DNA from: an uncultured Phycisphaerales bacterium
Lineage (GTDB): Bacteria > Planctomycetota > Phycisphaerae > Tepidisphaerales > Tepidisphaeraceae
DNA length: 64,000 bases
Reading direction: 5' to 3'
NCBI GenBank assembly: GCA_963758525.1
Contig: CAVWVQ010000003.1
Location: 4,416,001 to 4,480,000 of the forward strand
The notes beneath the pieces were generated by a model. It saw only the letters and a program-made list of their open reading frames with translations. It did not search any database and was not told the DNA's origin. Of this stretch, positions 30,647 through 44,428 are shown in pieces (position 1 is the first letter of the stretch; each line of letters opens with the position of its first letter). Position numbers and translations under genes: made by a program.

Positions 30647-32013
30647 ATGATGGACCAGCGACTTCAAAGACTTTCCGACAAAGCTAAAACGCTTCCCCGA
30701 TCGCCCGGCGTCTATCTCATGAAGGATGAGAAAGGCGACGTCATCTACATCGGGAAGTCGTCGTCGCTGCGCGAAAGAGTTTGCAGCTATTTTCAACTCG
30801 CCACCAAACTGGAAGCCAAGAAGGCGCCGTTGCGCGAGCTGGTTGTCGATTTTGAAGTCATCGAGACCGACAGCGAGGTCGAGGCGCTGCTCGTCGAGAA
30901 TCGGCTCATCAAGGACATTCAGCCGAGGTTCAACGCCCGGCTGCTCGATGACAAAACGTATCCCTATCTGATGGTGACCACCGACGACGAGTTCCCCGGC
31001 GTCTACGTGACCCGCGAGCCGCGAACCGCCGGCGTCAAGCTCTACGGGCCGTTCACCAGCGTCTATGCCCTCAAGGAAGCGGTCACGCATCTGCAGAAGG
31101 CATTCAAGTTTCGCACCTGCCATCTGGAGATTCGTGAAAACGACGACAGCCGGCGGTTCTTTCGCCCGTGCCTGCTCTATCCGATTCATCAATGCACCGC
31201 GCCCTGCGCCGCGAAGATTTCGCGCGACACCTACAACGAAGACATTTCCCGGCTCATCAAATTTCTCGAAGGAGGAAAGAAGACCGTCCTTGCAAATCTG
31301 GAGAAAGAAATGCAGGACGCCGCGAAGCAGTTGCAGTTCGAACGCGCCGGCCGACTGCGCGATGAGATCAAGGCGCTGCAGGCGCTGGGCGCCCGGCGCG
31401 AAGAGGAGATCAGGAATACTGGCAGCCCGAATCCTTTGTCGTCAATCCCAGAGAAGCAGTGACCGAATTGCAGACCGCTCTTGGATTGAGCGAGCCGCCG
31501 CGGATCATCGAGGGAATCGATATCGCTCACCTGCAGGGCGGAGAAATGGTCGGAAGCAAGGTCTGCTTCATCGACGGCGTGCCGTTCAAGGACGGCTATC
31601 GACGCTTCAAGATCAAGCACGGGCAGGGAAACAACGACTACCTCTCGATTCAGGAGGTCGTCTCACGCCGCTATCGCGAGGCGGGCGCGAGCCAGGAACT
31701 GTATCCCGACGTGATCCTGATCGACGGAGGCCTGGGGCAGCTTCACGCGGCAATGGAGGTATTTGCTCAAATGGACGTCAAGCCGCCCATGGTGATTTCG
31801 CTCGCCAAGAAGGAAGAGCTCGTTTACACGCAGGCCAAAAGCGAGCCTATTCGGCTGAAAAGGAATCACGTCGGTCTGAAGCTTTTGCAATACGTCCGCG
31901 ACGAGGCGCATCGATTTGCGCAGCATTATCATCATATCCTGCGTCGCAAAGCGCAGCTTGAAGAAGAGGTCAAGCGCGGCCGGCGCCCGCCGCGCGCAAA
32001 GCGCGTGTTATGA
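30647..32013 (+). CDS. uvrC: Excinuclease ABC subunit C, short form (frameshift near 31409)
   Basis: PGVYLMKD..YIGKS GIY-YIG domain, Cys cluster, UVR motif FERAGRLRD, then DIAH, DGGLGQL, RDEAHRFA. Confidence 0.9.
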
Positions 32014-32085
32014 GATCAGCTCCGATAAGACACCCCGTTCTCGCCCGCGTGGTGTATTTCCGCCGCTTTGGACGATAGAACTGAA

Positions 32086-33063
32086 ATGCATGCAACTTCT
32101 GGCCCGATGCGATCTGTCCTGCTCGGTTTGCTGGTTGTCGCGTTCATGTCGGCCGCGGCCAAAGCGCAGATGACCGGAGCGGCTCTGCTGCTCAAGCCCT
32201 GGCCGACGGAGCAGGCGGTTGACGCGACCGCCGACAGCTACTTCCTCAATGCGGCGCACTCCGACTCCGGGCAGAGTCTTCAACTTTCCGACTACACGTC
32301 TTCGGGCCGGCTCCGGCTGCAGCCGGGAAATTTCGTCAGCCCGCGCCTCGGATATGATGTGCGATTTCTCAATTGCAGTCCCGGCTCCAGCATCGTGCCG
32401 AAAGATCTGACCGATCTGTCGATCGCGGTTGGGACGGCGGTGGGGGAGTATCACGGTTGGGTTGCCGGCGCGACCGTCGGCGTCGGGTACGCCGGCGACT
32501 CGTCGTTTGCCCGCGGTTCGGCCTGGTACGGAAAGGCAACGCTGGACCTTGGGCACCAGATCAATCCAAATGATCTGCTGGCGATTCTCATCGACTACGA
32601 TGGCAACCGCCCATACTTCCCCGACATCCCGCTGCCGGGCGTCGCGTATCGTCATCGGATCGACGACACGCTGCTGCTTCTGCTCGGCTTCCCTTACAGC
32701 TCGATCGAGTGGACGCCCACCGACAAACTCAAAATCGCGGCCAGCTACCGGCTCGCGTCGCAGTTCACCGCGCGGCTGGAATACAGAATCCTGAGCAGCC
32801 TCTTAGTGTACGGAAGTTACTATTACGAGCAGGAAGCGTTTCACGTTGCCGACCTCGGCTCCCACCAGCGGCTTCTCTTCTCCGACGAGCGCGCCGAAGC
32901 CGGCCTCGAATACTCCATCAACGACCAGTTGATGCTCCGCCTTGCCGGCGGCTACGCGTTTGACAACCGTTTTACGCGGGGATTCGATTTTTCCGACTTG
33001 CACACCGTGCTGGGCTTTTCGGATGCCCCGTATCTTCATGTTGCCTTGGAGATGCGATTTTAG
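32086..33063 (+). CDS. Putative outer-membrane beta-barrel protein
   Basis: Signal peptide, alternating aromatic strands, C-terminal Phe (ALEMRF). Confidence 0.7.
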   Translation: MHATSGPMRSVLLGLLVVAFMSAAAKAQMTGAALLLKPWPTEQAVDATADSYFLNAAHSDSGQSLQLSDYTSSGRLRLQPGNFVSPRLGYDVRFLNCSPGSSIVPKDLTDLSIAVGTAVGEYHGWVAGATVGVGYAGDSSFARGSAWYGKATLDLGHQINPNDLLAILIDYDGNRPYFPDIPLPGVAYRHRIDDTLLLLLGFPYSSIEWTPTDKLKIAASYRLASQFTARLEYRILSSLLVYGSYYYEQEAFHVADLGSHQRLLFSDERAEAGLEYSINDQLMLRLAGGYAFDNRFTRGFDFSDLHTVLGFSDAPYLHVALEMRF

Positions 33064-33091
33064 AGGTGGTTTCAGAACCGCACATCTGCCG

Positions 33092-33176
33092 ACCACGCCG
33101 AGTCTGAGGTACTCCGAAGGCTCGGATCGAGCGCCGGAAAATGCGAGCCTCCGGAGCGCCTCACACTCGGCGTGGT
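33092..33176. repeat. REP-like palindrome between convergent genes
   Basis: accacgccgagtctgaggtactccgaaggctcg ... cgagcctccggagcgcctcacactcggcgtggt. Confidence 0.65.
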
Positions 33177-33196
33177 GTTGCGAAACCGCCTCCTCC

Positions 33197-34808
33197 TCAC
33201 TTCGCGGGCTCGGTCGCTGGAAACGTCGCCGGTTGGTACAGCAACTTTCGAGACACCGTCGGCTGCGACGCCGGCGGCGCCGCGACAGAACGGGAAGTTT
33301 CCACGGCCAGCGGATTGATCTCCCATCCGCCGCCCAGCGCCTTGTACAGACTCGCCAGATCGGTCGCGACATTGGCTTCGCTTTGGGCCAGTTGATCTTC
33401 CACGCTCAGCAGCGATCGCTCGGCATTGAGCACGTTGAGAAAATCGGTTTGCCCTTGCCGGTAGAGCCGCGTCGAAAGGTCAAAAGCCTGACGGTTGGAA
33501 ATGACGGCCTTGGCCAGCGCGCTGCGACGCTCCTGCTCCATGGCATACGCGATCAGCGCGTTCTCCACGTCCCGCAGCGCGGTCAGGATCGCCTGGCGAT
33601 AAGTCAGAACCGCCTGCTGCTGCAGCGCATTCTGCACCTCGATATTGGCCTCAATGCGCCCCGCCGCGAAGATCGGCCAGGTGATCGACGGACCAAACGA
33701 CCAGATACTGCTCGCCCAATTTCCCAGCGGCTGAATGCGACTTGCTTCCACGTCCACATTGCCGGTCAGCGAGAACTTGGGAAACAAATCCGCCGTCGCA
33801 ACGCCGACCTCCGCCGTGGCGGCATGAAGCTGCGCCTCGGCAATGCGAATGTCAGGACGCCGCCGCAGCAGTTCCGACGGCAGCCCGATCGGAATCGTCG
33901 GCGGGGTGATCGGAATCGGTTCGTTTTCGCTCGACAATTCCTTCAGCAGCGTCGCCGGCTCGCGCCCAACAAAACACTCAGCGCATAGATCGTCTGTTGC
34001 TCGGCAGACCGAATCGGCGGGATTTCGGACTCGGTCGTCTCCGCCTGCGCCTCGGCGTTCGCCACGTCGAGCCTCGCGGCGAATCCTGCGCCGAATCGCT
34101 CCCGCGTCAGATCGGCCGTGCGTCTTTCCGATTGAAGGTTGCGGCTGGCGATGGCGATGCGCCGTTGATCGCCGCGCAGATTGATGTAATCGATCGCCAC
34201 TTCCGACACGAGCGTGACCAGCACATCGCGCCGGTTCCACACCGCCGCCTGGATGCCGGCGTCAGCGGCTTCGACGCCTCGGCGAACCCCGCCGAAGATG
34301 TCGATCTCCCAGGTCGCATCGAGTCCCGGGTTGTACACGTCCGTCGATCGGGAGCCGCGCACGCCGGTGCCGCTGTGCTGGTAGGAGCCGTTGGCATCGA
34401 TCTCCGGAAACAGCGCCGCACTGGCAACGCCTCGCGCGGCCCGCGCCTGGCGCAGCCTGGCGGTTGCCTGCCGCAGGTCGAGATTCTGCTCCGCCGCGCG
34501 GCGCACGAGCGAATCGAGAGTCGGATCATTGAACGCCCGCCACCATTGCACAAACTCCATCGGCTCCGGCGTCGTCTCGCTGGTTTGCGTCGTCGCCGCG
34601 ACGGTCGGATTGATATAGCGACCAGGCATCCACGGCGTCGGCCGGTGATAGTCCGGACCGACGGCGCATCCGCCGCAGATGATCGCCGCGGCGAGGATTT
34701 CCGCCCTGCAGTGAGATGCCAACACCCGGGCGCAGATCCTCCCCAACTCGCACCATGACCGCAGAAGTCTTTTCACGCTCGCAACCCTCTTCCCAAACGC
34801 GTCGAGCC

Positions 34809-34812
<4 letters not shown>
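33197..34812 (-). CDS. Efflux outer-membrane lipoprotein, NodT/TolC family (frameshift near 33965)
   Basis: GCAVGPDY lipobox, WEIDIFGG, PSELLRRRPDI, LYKALGGGW. Confidence 0.88.
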
Positions 34813-36170
<1,358 letters not shown>

Positions 36171-36181
36171 GACACTTGTTC

Positions 36182-36886
36182 CTAAGCGATCTGCGCGTGC
36201 TCGAACACTCCGTCGGCGATCAGCCCGTCGCGGATGTGAATCGTCCGCTTCGCGTGCGCGGCGACTTCCGCGTCGTGCGTCACGAGAATGATCGTAATTC
36301 CTTCATCCGAATTGAGCTTCTGAAACATCCGCAGAACCTCTTCGCTGGTGCGCGAGTCGAGGTTTCCCGTCGGCTCGTCCGCGAACAGCAGCGGGGGGCG
36401 ATTGACCAGCGCCCGCGCGATCGCCACGCGCTGCTGCTGCCCGCCGGAAAGCTGCGAGGGATGATGATCCAGCCGATCCGCAAGCCCGACGCGCCCCAGC
36501 ATCTCCGTTGCCCGCGCTTTCGCTTCGCGATCGGAAATGTCGCCCGCCGTGTATGTCAGCGGCATCATGACCTGGCGCAACGCCGTCGTGCGCGGAAGCA
36601 GGTTGAAGCTCTGAAAGACGAACCCGATCTTCCGGTTCCTCACCATCGCCCGGCCATCCGCCGAAAGTCCTGAAACCAGTTCTCCATCGAGCCAGTATTC
36701 GCCGGACGTCGGGTGATCCAGGCAGCCGAGGATGTTCATCAGCGTGCTTTTGCCCGATCCCGAAACGCCCATCAACGCGACGAGCTCGCCGCGCAGCACG
36801 TCAAGAGAGACTCCCTTGAGCACCGGCACGTCGATTTCGCCGACGCGATAGGTTTTGAAAATGTCGCGGAGTTGAATCAGTTCCAT
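36182..36886 (-). CDS. ABC transporter ATP-binding protein (MacB/LolD type)
   Basis: [27 protein letters not shown]. Confidence 0.94.
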   Translation of the reverse strand: MELIQLRDIFKTYRVGEIDVPVLKGVSLDVLRGELVALMGVSGSGKSTLMNILGCLDHPTSGEYWLDGELVSGLSADGRAMVRNRKIGFVFQSFNLLPRTTALRQVMMPLTYTAGDISDREAKARATEMLGRVGLADRLDHHPSQLSGGQQQRVAIARALVNRPPLLFADEPTGNLDSRTSEEVLRMFQKLNSDEGITIILVTHDAEVAAHAKRTIHIRDGLIADGVFEHAQIA

Positions 36887-36899
36887 GGTTCTCGAAGGC

Positions 36900-38243
36900 T
36901 CAATGGCGTCGGAAGATCTGCGGAGCGAAGGGATTGGTCGTCGTGTCAGCTGACTGAGGATCTTCAACGCCTTCAGCGACCTGATCGCCGACATGAAGCG
37001 AATCTCCGATCAGCTCGGTGAGAATGCTGTCACTCTCACCGACGCGCACCTTGACCGGCCGCACGTATTTCCCATCCACCACCCAGACGGTCCCCTGGGC
37101 AGATGTTTGCTCGTCGTGATGATGATGCCCGGAGGGACGGGTCGCGGCATTGTGCGGGCTGACATCCTTGTCAACGCTTTTCTGGGCGTCTGCCACCGCC
37201 GCGTCGCGCTCCGATGGGAGGATCATCGAAACTTCCGGATACCATCGCAGCGCGCTGTTCGGAACCAGCAGCACGTTTTTCTGGTTGCTGATCTCGAACT
37301 TCACGTTCGCCGAGAGATATGGGAGCAGCCGTCCGTCGGAATTGTCGGTGTTGACCTCCACCGTGTACGTCACCACGTTCTGCGTCATGCTCGCGTTCAG
37401 GCGGATTTTCCCGACGGTTCCGTGGAAGGTGTCGTTGGGATATGCGTCGACCGTGAACGCGACCGGCTGGTTCGGATGGATGTTGCCGATGTCCGCTTCG
37501 TTCACCGAAACCCAAACCTGAATCTGCCGCAGGTCTTTGGCGATCAGAAAAAGGCTCGGCGTGTTCAAACTGGAAACCACGGTTTCGCCGATGTTCACCC
37601 GCCGGTCGATGATCACGCCTTTGACCGGCGAGCTGATCGTGCAGTAGCCCAGGTTCTGCGTCGATCGCTTCAACGCCGCCTCGGCCTGCGTGACCGCGGC
37701 CTTCGATTGCTCGATGATCGCTTCATCGACGCCGACGTTGGCCTTGGCCGTGTCGAACGCCGCCTTGTAGGAGTTGTAATCGCTCTGCGAAAGGGCATCC
37801 CCCTCGCCCAGTTTTTGGGCGCGTTCCCAGTCGCTCTGCGCCTGCTCCAGCTTCGCCTGCATCTGCGCCAGATCGGCAATCGACTTGGTCACGCCCGCTT
37901 TCGCCTGCGCCAGCGCCGCGTTCGCATTGGCGGCATCTGCCTGATACAGCGTGTCGTCGATCCGCGCCAATACCGTGCCCGCTTCGACCGTCGATCCGTA
38001 GTCGATCATCTTCCCCTTGTCGTCGGTTCCGAAGGAGATGATCTGCCCTTCAACCTGCGCGCCAACGTCGACCACTTCCTGTGGCTCCACCGTCCCCGTC
38101 GCACTGATGTTGGGAACCAGGTCCCCGCGCGTCACCGCCTCAGTCCGAAAAACCGTCGTCGGCTTCGACTTCGCCCGCCAATAGCTCCAGCCTCCCGTTA
38201 CCAGGAGCAGGGCAATCACCAGCATCACAACCCATTTCATCAC
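36900..38243 (-). CDS. MacA-like periplasmic adaptor
   Basis: ATGTVEP..VDVGAQVEG, helical hairpin, ISSPVKGVI, VNEADIG. Confidence 0.92.
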   Translation of the reverse strand: MMKWVVMLVIALLLVTGGWSYWRAKSKPTTVFRTEAVTRGDLVPNISATGTVEPQEVVDVGAQVEGQIISFGTDDKGKMIDYGSTVEAGTVLARIDDTLYQADAANANAALAQAKAGVTKSIADLAQMQAKLEQAQSDWERAQKLGEGDALSQSDYNSYKAAFDTAKANVGVDEAIIEQSKAAVTQAEAALKRSTQNLGYCTISSPVKGVIIDRRVNIGETVVSSLNTPSLFLIAKDLRQIQVWVSVNEADIGNIHPNQPVAFTVDAYPNDTFHGTVGKIRLNASMTQNVVTYTVEVNTDNSDGRLLPYLSANVKFEISNQKNVLLVPNSALRWYPEVSMILPSERDAAVADAQKSVDKDVSPHNAATRPSGHHHHDEQTSAQGTVWVVDGKYVRPVKVRVGESDSILTELIGDSLHVGDQVAEGVEDPQSADTTTNPFAPQIFRRH

Positions 38244-38740
38244 GCAATCCGCCTGGTTCTGTTGAGGGAGGTAAAGGGAATCCGCCTCCGCCGAAACCGG
38301 CGGATGCCTGAAAACATTAGCGCTCGCTCGACCCTCTTTCCAACGCCGCGCAACCGGCCCGGCTCCCTATCAATCAAACTCTCGAAATGGCAATTCGTTG
38401 CAGGCTCTGCCCTTACACCGCGAATTTCAGCGGAGAATCGCGCACAACGGCCAAGCGCCGCCTGCCACCAGAAACCCGCGGATTGCGTTATCCGTGAAAT
38501 TTCCCCGCTTAGCGCAACCCCCGCCACACCCTGAAAACCGCTATCGAGTTTACATCTTTTTACATTTTGTTACGTGCAGGAAGGAGAGGTCAAGCAGCAG
38601 TCAAGCTTGACAGCCGTGGCACCCGCCGCCCCCCCGGCTCTCTGCTCCCCGACTGCCGGCCTGTTCTTCGACGGGAGAGGTGCCGCCATGCGACTTCGCG
38701 CGACAGCTTTTGCATCGCCGCATGTCGCATCCGATGAGGT

Positions 38741-40654
38741 TCAGTGCCCTCGCGCCTTCGTCCCTTCCGACTGAAGCTTCTCCCAGATCGGACCGGCGAG
38801 ATCGTCGCCGTTGACGAGCAGGCAGCCGGCGATCGTTTTTTGATTGTTAATCGTCGCCTGGATCAGCTTCCGGTCGCCCACGGATCGCTTCACTCCGAGC
38901 GAAAGCGAATCAACGCGTGCGGCAACTTCCCAAACGTCATTCGCGATGGTGCTCGTCAATTGTGCGTGAGATAGTCGCGCGGCAATCGCCTCCACATCCT
39001 CGCCCTCCGCGGCTGTCACCAGAAACGCAACCCGCAGGGGACCCGCTTTCGATGTGGGTTGTTGTATCGCTGGCTTGAGAGCCAGCCGGACGGCGTGATG
39101 GGCCAGCCCGTCGGCGTCAGAGATGAGCGAGTAGCTGAACGCATCGGGATTGTCGCCTCCGGCGAGTTGAAGCCGAACTGCAAATGTAGCGCCGTGGAGC
39201 GTTGCCGATACGACAGCGGTTTTCGCCAGCGTGATCGACGTTGGCTCCGAGAGCCGCGCGGTGTTCCGGGCAGCGGCGATGGTCCCCTCCGCCGGGAGAA
39301 TCAGGTTGATGCTCAACCCGACGGCATCGGCCGGCAGCGCTGACGGCGCAATCTCCAACGTCAATAGTGCGGTCCCTTCTTTCTGCACGCTCACCAGATT
39401 TCCCGGCAGATGGACGGGTTTGGAATGGCCGCTGCGGTCCTTTGCGCGGCGCAGTCCATAGGGCGATTCATACGCATCGATGACCAGGCTGATTTGCGTC
39501 TGATCCGCGGGCCCGGCGAAGGTCGTCGCGAAGAGCTTGTCCTGTGGTCCATAGGTGCCGCTCGTGCAGCCGAGGGAAATGTGCTGATCCTGCCAGTTCC
39601 AGCGCGTGCCGGTTGCGGATTCATCCCACGTTGAGATCACTTCCCGTCTTCCGCTTTGTGCAAGGTGGGTGCTTTGCGGCGGCGGCGTATATCCGCCGGA
39701 ACGCGCGTTATCGAGCAGGAAGACGCCGTCGATTCCAGCCGGCACTTTCGGGTCAGCGGGAATCCAGCCGGCATCGATGAGCCATGTGTTCAGCAGCCCA
39801 TCGCCATCGAGAAAGGCGTAGTCCCGGCTGTAAGGGCCGCCAATCTTGTTGCCGGCGGGAAAGAAATTGGCGGCAATGTCGGTCCAGAAATACTCGAGAA
39901 TCACCTCCAGCTTCCGACGGTCATTCGCATCACTGGCATATCGCCGCCCCTCGACCAGCGAATTCAGATCGACGGCGTAATACGTCGGACTGTCAAACTC
40001 ACGGATGCCTGTCCTGCGCGTGTAGTCGATCCATTGGTCGAGCATATGACGGCCATCGGAAATGGCCGTCTCGTCGTTCATTGCTTGCCCGAGCAGAAGC
40101 AGGTTGACGGTTTTCATGAGGAAGATGTTGGTATACGAAACGGGGACCTTGTGCGCCCGCATCGCCGCCAGCGCGGCCACGAGATGCGGCTGCAACTTGT
40201 TGACGAACTCCGATGACTGCTCCTTCCCGTGGCTTAGCAGCAGGGGGGCGAGTCCCTCCACCACGAATTCGACGGCGTTGCGATCGGTCACGGAGTCGTC
40301 GATCGTCATCCATTTGAACTGCCCGTAGGTTTTGCTCGAAACCTCCATATCCTGGGCTTGCAGCGATGCGTTGAGGAGGCGTTCAGCCGTCTGGGGCTCT
40401 TTGCCCATCATCAGCGCCGCGAAGGCGGCGTTGACCAGATCGCGCGTGCCCGAGCCGGCAGATTTCGCCTCAGCCTTTTCGATGCGATCCAGCCGGCTTT
40501 CCAGCAGGGTTCTCATCCAGTCGCCCCGCGGTTGCACCTGCGACTGGCCGAGCGATGCGAATGCGAGAACAGCGGCCGCGAAGGCAATTGGAGAATACTT
40601 CGAGCCGCTCGTGGCCCGAACGGGGTTGCGATATTTAAAGTGGCGCCAAGCCAT
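38741..40654 (-). CDS. Secreted hypothetical protein (possible carbohydrate-active alpha-barrel)
   Basis: Signal-like N-terminus; YTN and EFDSPTY motifs; 637-aa uninterrupted ORF. Confidence 0.6.
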   Translation of the reverse strand: MAWRHFKYRNPVRATSGSKYSPIAFAAAVLAFASLGQSQVQPRGDWMRTLLESRLDRIEKAEAKSAGSGTRDLVNAAFAALMMGKEPQTAERLLNASLQAQDMEVSSKTYGQFKWMTIDDSVTDRNAVEFVVEGLAPLLLSHGKEQSSEFVNKLQPHLVAALAAMRAHKVPVSYTNIFLMKTVNLLLLGQAMNDETAISDGRHMLDQWIDYTRRTGIREFDSPTYYAVDLNSLVEGRRYASDANDRRKLEVILEYFWTDIAANFFPAGNKIGGPYSRDYAFLDGDGLLNTWLIDAGWIPADPKVPAGIDGVFLLDNARSGGYTPPPQSTHLAQSGRREVISTWDESATGTRWNWQDQHISLGCTSGTYGPQDKLFATTFAGPADQTQISLVIDAYESPYGLRRAKDRSGHSKPVHLPGNLVSVQKEGTALLTLEIAPSALPADAVGLSINLILPAEGTIAAARNTARLSEPTSITLAKTAVVSATLHGATFAVRLQLAGGDNPDAFSYSLISDADGLAHHAVRLALKPAIQQPTSKAGPLRVAFLVTAAEGEDVEAIAARLSHAQLTSTIANDVWEVAARVDSLSLGVKRSVGDRKLIQATINNQKTIAGCLLVNGDDLAGPIWEKLQSEGTKARGH

Positions 40655-40734
40655 CGAATCTCCGTTCAGTTGGCGAATCGTCTCTCCGCGCCGGCAGTGG
40701 TCGTTGCCCCGAATGCGGGCCTCGGGCGAACGGC

Positions 40735-41607
40735 TTAATTCTTCCTTAATGCATACACCTTCACACTCGCCGCGTATTCGTTCACGTCATGAGCGGCAAG
40801 AACCTGGCGGAGTCCCGCGTGAAGGCTTCCGCCTGCTGCGGCCATGCCCGGCGAGCAGCATGCGGTCTGTCCATCGACTTTCGCGTAAGCGTTCAGGTCC
40901 GCGTGGCTGTCGATGATTTCGACCGCACAAAATCCGGCGGCTCTCAAACCGGAGCGAAAGTCTTCCGTCGAAATAGCTCCCGCGATGCAGCCGACGAGTG
41001 CGGCAACGTCTGACGCGAGCTCCGGCGGAAGTGGTTTTTTAAGAGCGATGTCGCTCACCGCAAGGCGGCCCCCTGGCTTTAGCACGCGAGCGGCTTCGCG
41101 AAAGACCGCGTTCTTGTCCGGGGCGAGATTGATGACGCAATTACTGATGATGCAATCGACGGAAGCATCTGCGAGCGGCAAACGGTCAATCGTGCCTAAA
41201 TGAAACTCGACATTCTCGATTCCGGCCGCGTTCCTTTTCGCTCGCTCGATCATGGCCTCCGTCATATCGATGCCGATAGCTCGGCCGGTCGGGCCAACAA
41301 GTTTCGCGGCAAGAAGCACGTCGAGCCCGCCGCCACATCCAAGGTCAACGACCGTTTCCCCTGGCCTAAGGTGTGCGGTTGCGGTCGGGTTCCCGCATGA
41401 AAGCCCCATGTTGGCTTCGGCCGGAATGGACGCGAGTTCTGCTGCTGAATATCCGAACGCTTCTGCCACAGCATGCACGCCCGCATCATTACTCGAGAGT
41501 GAGCTCTCGGCGACAGCCGCGTACTGGTCGCGAATCACTTCCGTTGATGATTTTTCGTCTTTGCAGCAAGAGGGGCCACAGCACGGAGCGACGTTTAGTT
41601 TTGTCAT
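40735..41607 (-). CDS. arsM: Arsenite S-adenosylmethionine methyltransferase
   Basis: [32 protein letters not shown]; position in ars operon. Confidence 0.9.
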   Translation of the reverse strand: MTKLNVAPCCGPSCCKDEKSSTEVIRDQYAAVAESSLSSNDAGVHAVAEAFGYSAAELASIPAEANMGLSCGNPTATAHLRPGETVVDLGCGGGLDVLLAAKLVGPTGRAIGIDMTEAMIERAKRNAAGIENVEFHLGTIDRLPLADASVDCIISNCVINLAPDKNAVFREAARVLKPGGRLAVSDIALKKPLPPELASDVAALVGCIAGAISTEDFRSGLRAAGFCAVEIIDSHADLNAYAKVDGQTACCSPGMAAAGGSLHAGLRQVLAAHDVNEYAASVKVYALRKN

Positions 41608-41626
41608 TGGTTCTCCACCATAAAAC

Positions 41627-42730
41627 TCAGTTGAGGACTGTGGGACACCCGACTTCGATGCCGGGAGCAGGCGTGTCGTCCACGGCAACTCCAAAATATT
41701 TCCGTTGCAATCGAAGAGCGACGCTCACAAGTCCGATGAGGACCGGCACTTCAACGAGCGGTCCAATCACGGCCGCGAAAGCGGCGCCGTGATTGATTCC
41801 AAATACGGCGACCGCGACGGCAATCGCCAGCTCGAAGTTGTTTCCGGTGGCGGTGAGTGAAATCGTTACGGTCTTCGAATAATCGGCCCCGGCTTTGACA
41901 CCCATCCAAAAGCTCACAAAGAACATGAGCACGAAGTAAATGAGGAGCGGAATTGCGATGAGGAGAACGCCGACAGGATTTCCGATTATCTCTCCTCCCT
42001 GAACTGCGAACATCACGACGATTGTGAATAGGAGTGCGATAAGTGTGAGGGGGCTGATTCGGGGGATGAAAGCTTTCTCGTACCATTCCCGGCCGCGAAG
42101 CTTTACGAGCATGGCTCGCGTGAGAAGCCCCGCAATGAAGGGAATTCCTAAATAGATGAAGACGCTCTTCGCGATCGCTCCGATCCCAATGTTGACCGTG
42201 ACTCCTGGCAACCCGATGAGGGGTGGCAAGACACTGAGAAAAAACCATGCGTATACGCTGTAGAAAAGAACCTGAAAAACGCTGTTGAGTGCGACCAGAC
42301 CGGCAGCGTAGTCCGTGCTTCCCTTTGCGAGGTCATTCCACACAATCACCATTGCGATGCAGCGGGCGAGACCGATGAGAATTAGCCCCGTCATATATTG
42401 GGGATGGTGTCTCAGAAAAAGCACCGCGAGAGCGAACATCAGGACGGGACCGATGAGCCAATTTTGCAAAAGGGAGAGAGCGAGTATCCGCTTGTCGCGG
42501 AACACTTCGCCAAGCTCCTCGTAGCGAACTTTCGCGAGGGGCGGGAACATCATGACGATGAGGCCCACCGCAATCGGCAGACTCGTCGTGCCGACTTGAA
42601 AGCGGTGCACAAGCTCCCGCACACCGGGGACGGCGTAACCGAGCCCAATCCCTGCCGCCATGGCGGCAAAAATCCAGACCGTCAGATAACGGTCGAGGAA
42701 CGAAAGCTTCTTGGTGAGTCTCTCGCTCAT
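41627..42730 (-). CDS. acr3: Arsenite efflux transporter, ACR3 family
   Basis: [43 protein letters not shown]. Confidence 0.95.
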   Translation of the reverse strand: MSERLTKKLSFLDRYLTVWIFAAMAAGIGLGYAVPGVRELVHRFQVGTTSLPIAVGLIVMMFPPLAKVRYEELGEVFRDKRILALSLLQNWLIGPVLMFALAVLFLRHHPQYMTGLILIGLARCIAMVIVWNDLAKGSTDYAAGLVALNSVFQVLFYSVYAWFFLSVLPPLIGLPGVTVNIGIGAIAKSVFIYLGIPFIAGLLTRAMLVKLRGREWYEKAFIPRISPLTLIALLFTIVVMFAVQGGEIIGNPVGVLLIAIPLLIYFVLMFFVSFWMGVKAGADYSKTVTISLTATGNNFELAIAVAVAVFGINHGAAFAAVIGPLVEVPVLIGLVSVALRLQRKYFGVAVDDTPAPGIEVGCPTVLN

Positions 42731-42839
42731 GCGCGCGCTCCTGCGTCGTTGTGCATTGAAATTCCGGGCCGGTTCACTTCGGGCTCCCATGTTCTCATCG
42801 CGTTTCCGATGAGGTCTCGCACTCGTCTGAATTCCCTTA

Positions 42840-44070
42840 GTGGCCCTGCTACGAAGTCCTGCAAGAAATTAGCAGTGCTAAGATAGTAAATGGATTCTTT
42901 TTGTTATTCACGGAGGATTTTCCATGCGCGGTCGAAGGCCTTGCCCGTTGATTCTTTCCGCAGACGATGTTCGGGCACTCGAGTGCGTTTCCCGAAGTCG
43001 GAGCCGGCCTTTCTTCCAAGTGCAGCATGCCCGCGCGGTCCTGGCAGTCGCAGGCGGCCAATGCATTGCGACCATCGCATCCGACCTCCATTGCGACCCT
43101 TCAACCATCTGGCGACTCTGCCGCCGCTATGAGCGCAGCGGCATCGATCAACTGTTGGCGGACCAGCCTCGCTCGGGCAGGCCCCAGCAGCTTTCCCCCC
43201 CTCCAAAGGGCGCGGATCGTCGAGTTGGCCTGCCTGGAGCCGATCGCCGAGGGGTTGCACATGACTCATTGGACCAGTGCCGACCTGGCTCATCAGGCCG
43301 TCGTCGACGGAATCGTCGACACCATCAGCCCCAGCATGGTCCGGCGAATCCTGCAGGACGTGAACTTGCAGCCGCATCGCACCCGGTATTGGCGGACCGC
43401 GCGACTCGATCCACTGTTTAAGCAGCGTGCGGAAAAAGTGCTCTGGTGCTATGCCCAGGCGGCCCATCTGGCCCACTTGGGCGTCTGGACCGTCGCGGTT
43501 GACGAAGTCCCCAACCACCAGGTCCTGGAACGAAAGCCGATCCGGCCAGCCATTCCCGGCTCGATCGAGCAACAAGAGTTTGAGTACACCCGGCATGGGA
43601 CCGTCAATTTGCTGCTGTTCCTGATCCTCCATAGCGGGCGGATGGAGTCCGCCGTGGTGGCAAAGAAGGATGCCGAACATTACATCGAACAACTGCGAAG
43701 GTTTCGCAGCCGCCATCGCGGTCTCCACGGAGTGTTCTTGATCCAGGACGGAGATCCCAGTCATACTTCGGGCGAAACCGCCGCGTATTGGGCCGAGTGT
43801 CATCACTGGTGGCGGCCCCGCTTTACCCCCGCTCACGCCTCGTGGCTCAACCAAGCGGAGTTGCTGGTCGACAACTTCGGCTTGCACTACCTTCGCCGCG
43901 GTTCCTGGGAAGATCGGCAGCATTTCATCGACCATGTGACTGCCGCGTCCGACGAGTACAATCGGCGATACGCTCATCCGTTCCAGTGGACCTGGACCAA
44001 CGAGCGGATGAGACGATGGTACGCCGAACACGTGGCCTCAATTTCTTGCACGACTTCGTAGCGGGGCCAT
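42840..44070 (+). mobile_element. IS630-family insertion sequence (1231 bp)
   Basis: 31-bp imperfect terminal IRs, TA duplication (42838-39 and 44071-72). Confidence 0.93.
42924..44061 (+). CDS. IS630 transposase in two frames (junction at T3C7, 43192-43201)
   Basis: HTH with DQPRSGRP, then AVDE, EYTRHGT, IQDG, TPAHASWLNQAE DDE motifs. Confidence 0.88.
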
Positions 44071-44428
44071 TAGCTTCTCCTCTTCGGTCCCTTCAAACGA
44101 TGCCGGGTCATCGAAGGGCATGAATGTTCGCGAGAACGTGCCCGGCCAAATGCGGGGACAAGTCCCGTTCGCCTTGTCGCACACGATGAGGATGTGTCTC
44201 ACGAGTGCTTTTCCGAGATATGTGCTGACTGATTTCGGCCGCTGCTGACTAATGTCAATTCCGACTTCCGCCATCACCTTGACGGCAAGCGGATGAATCT
44301 CGGGGCGTGGCTCCATTCCCGCACTATGCGGGTCAAATTTATCGGGCTGATAGTGCCGCAAAAAACCTTCCGCCATCTGACTTCGGCGGGAGTTCCCGGT
44401 GCAAAGTATGAGAACTATGGGTTTTCGG

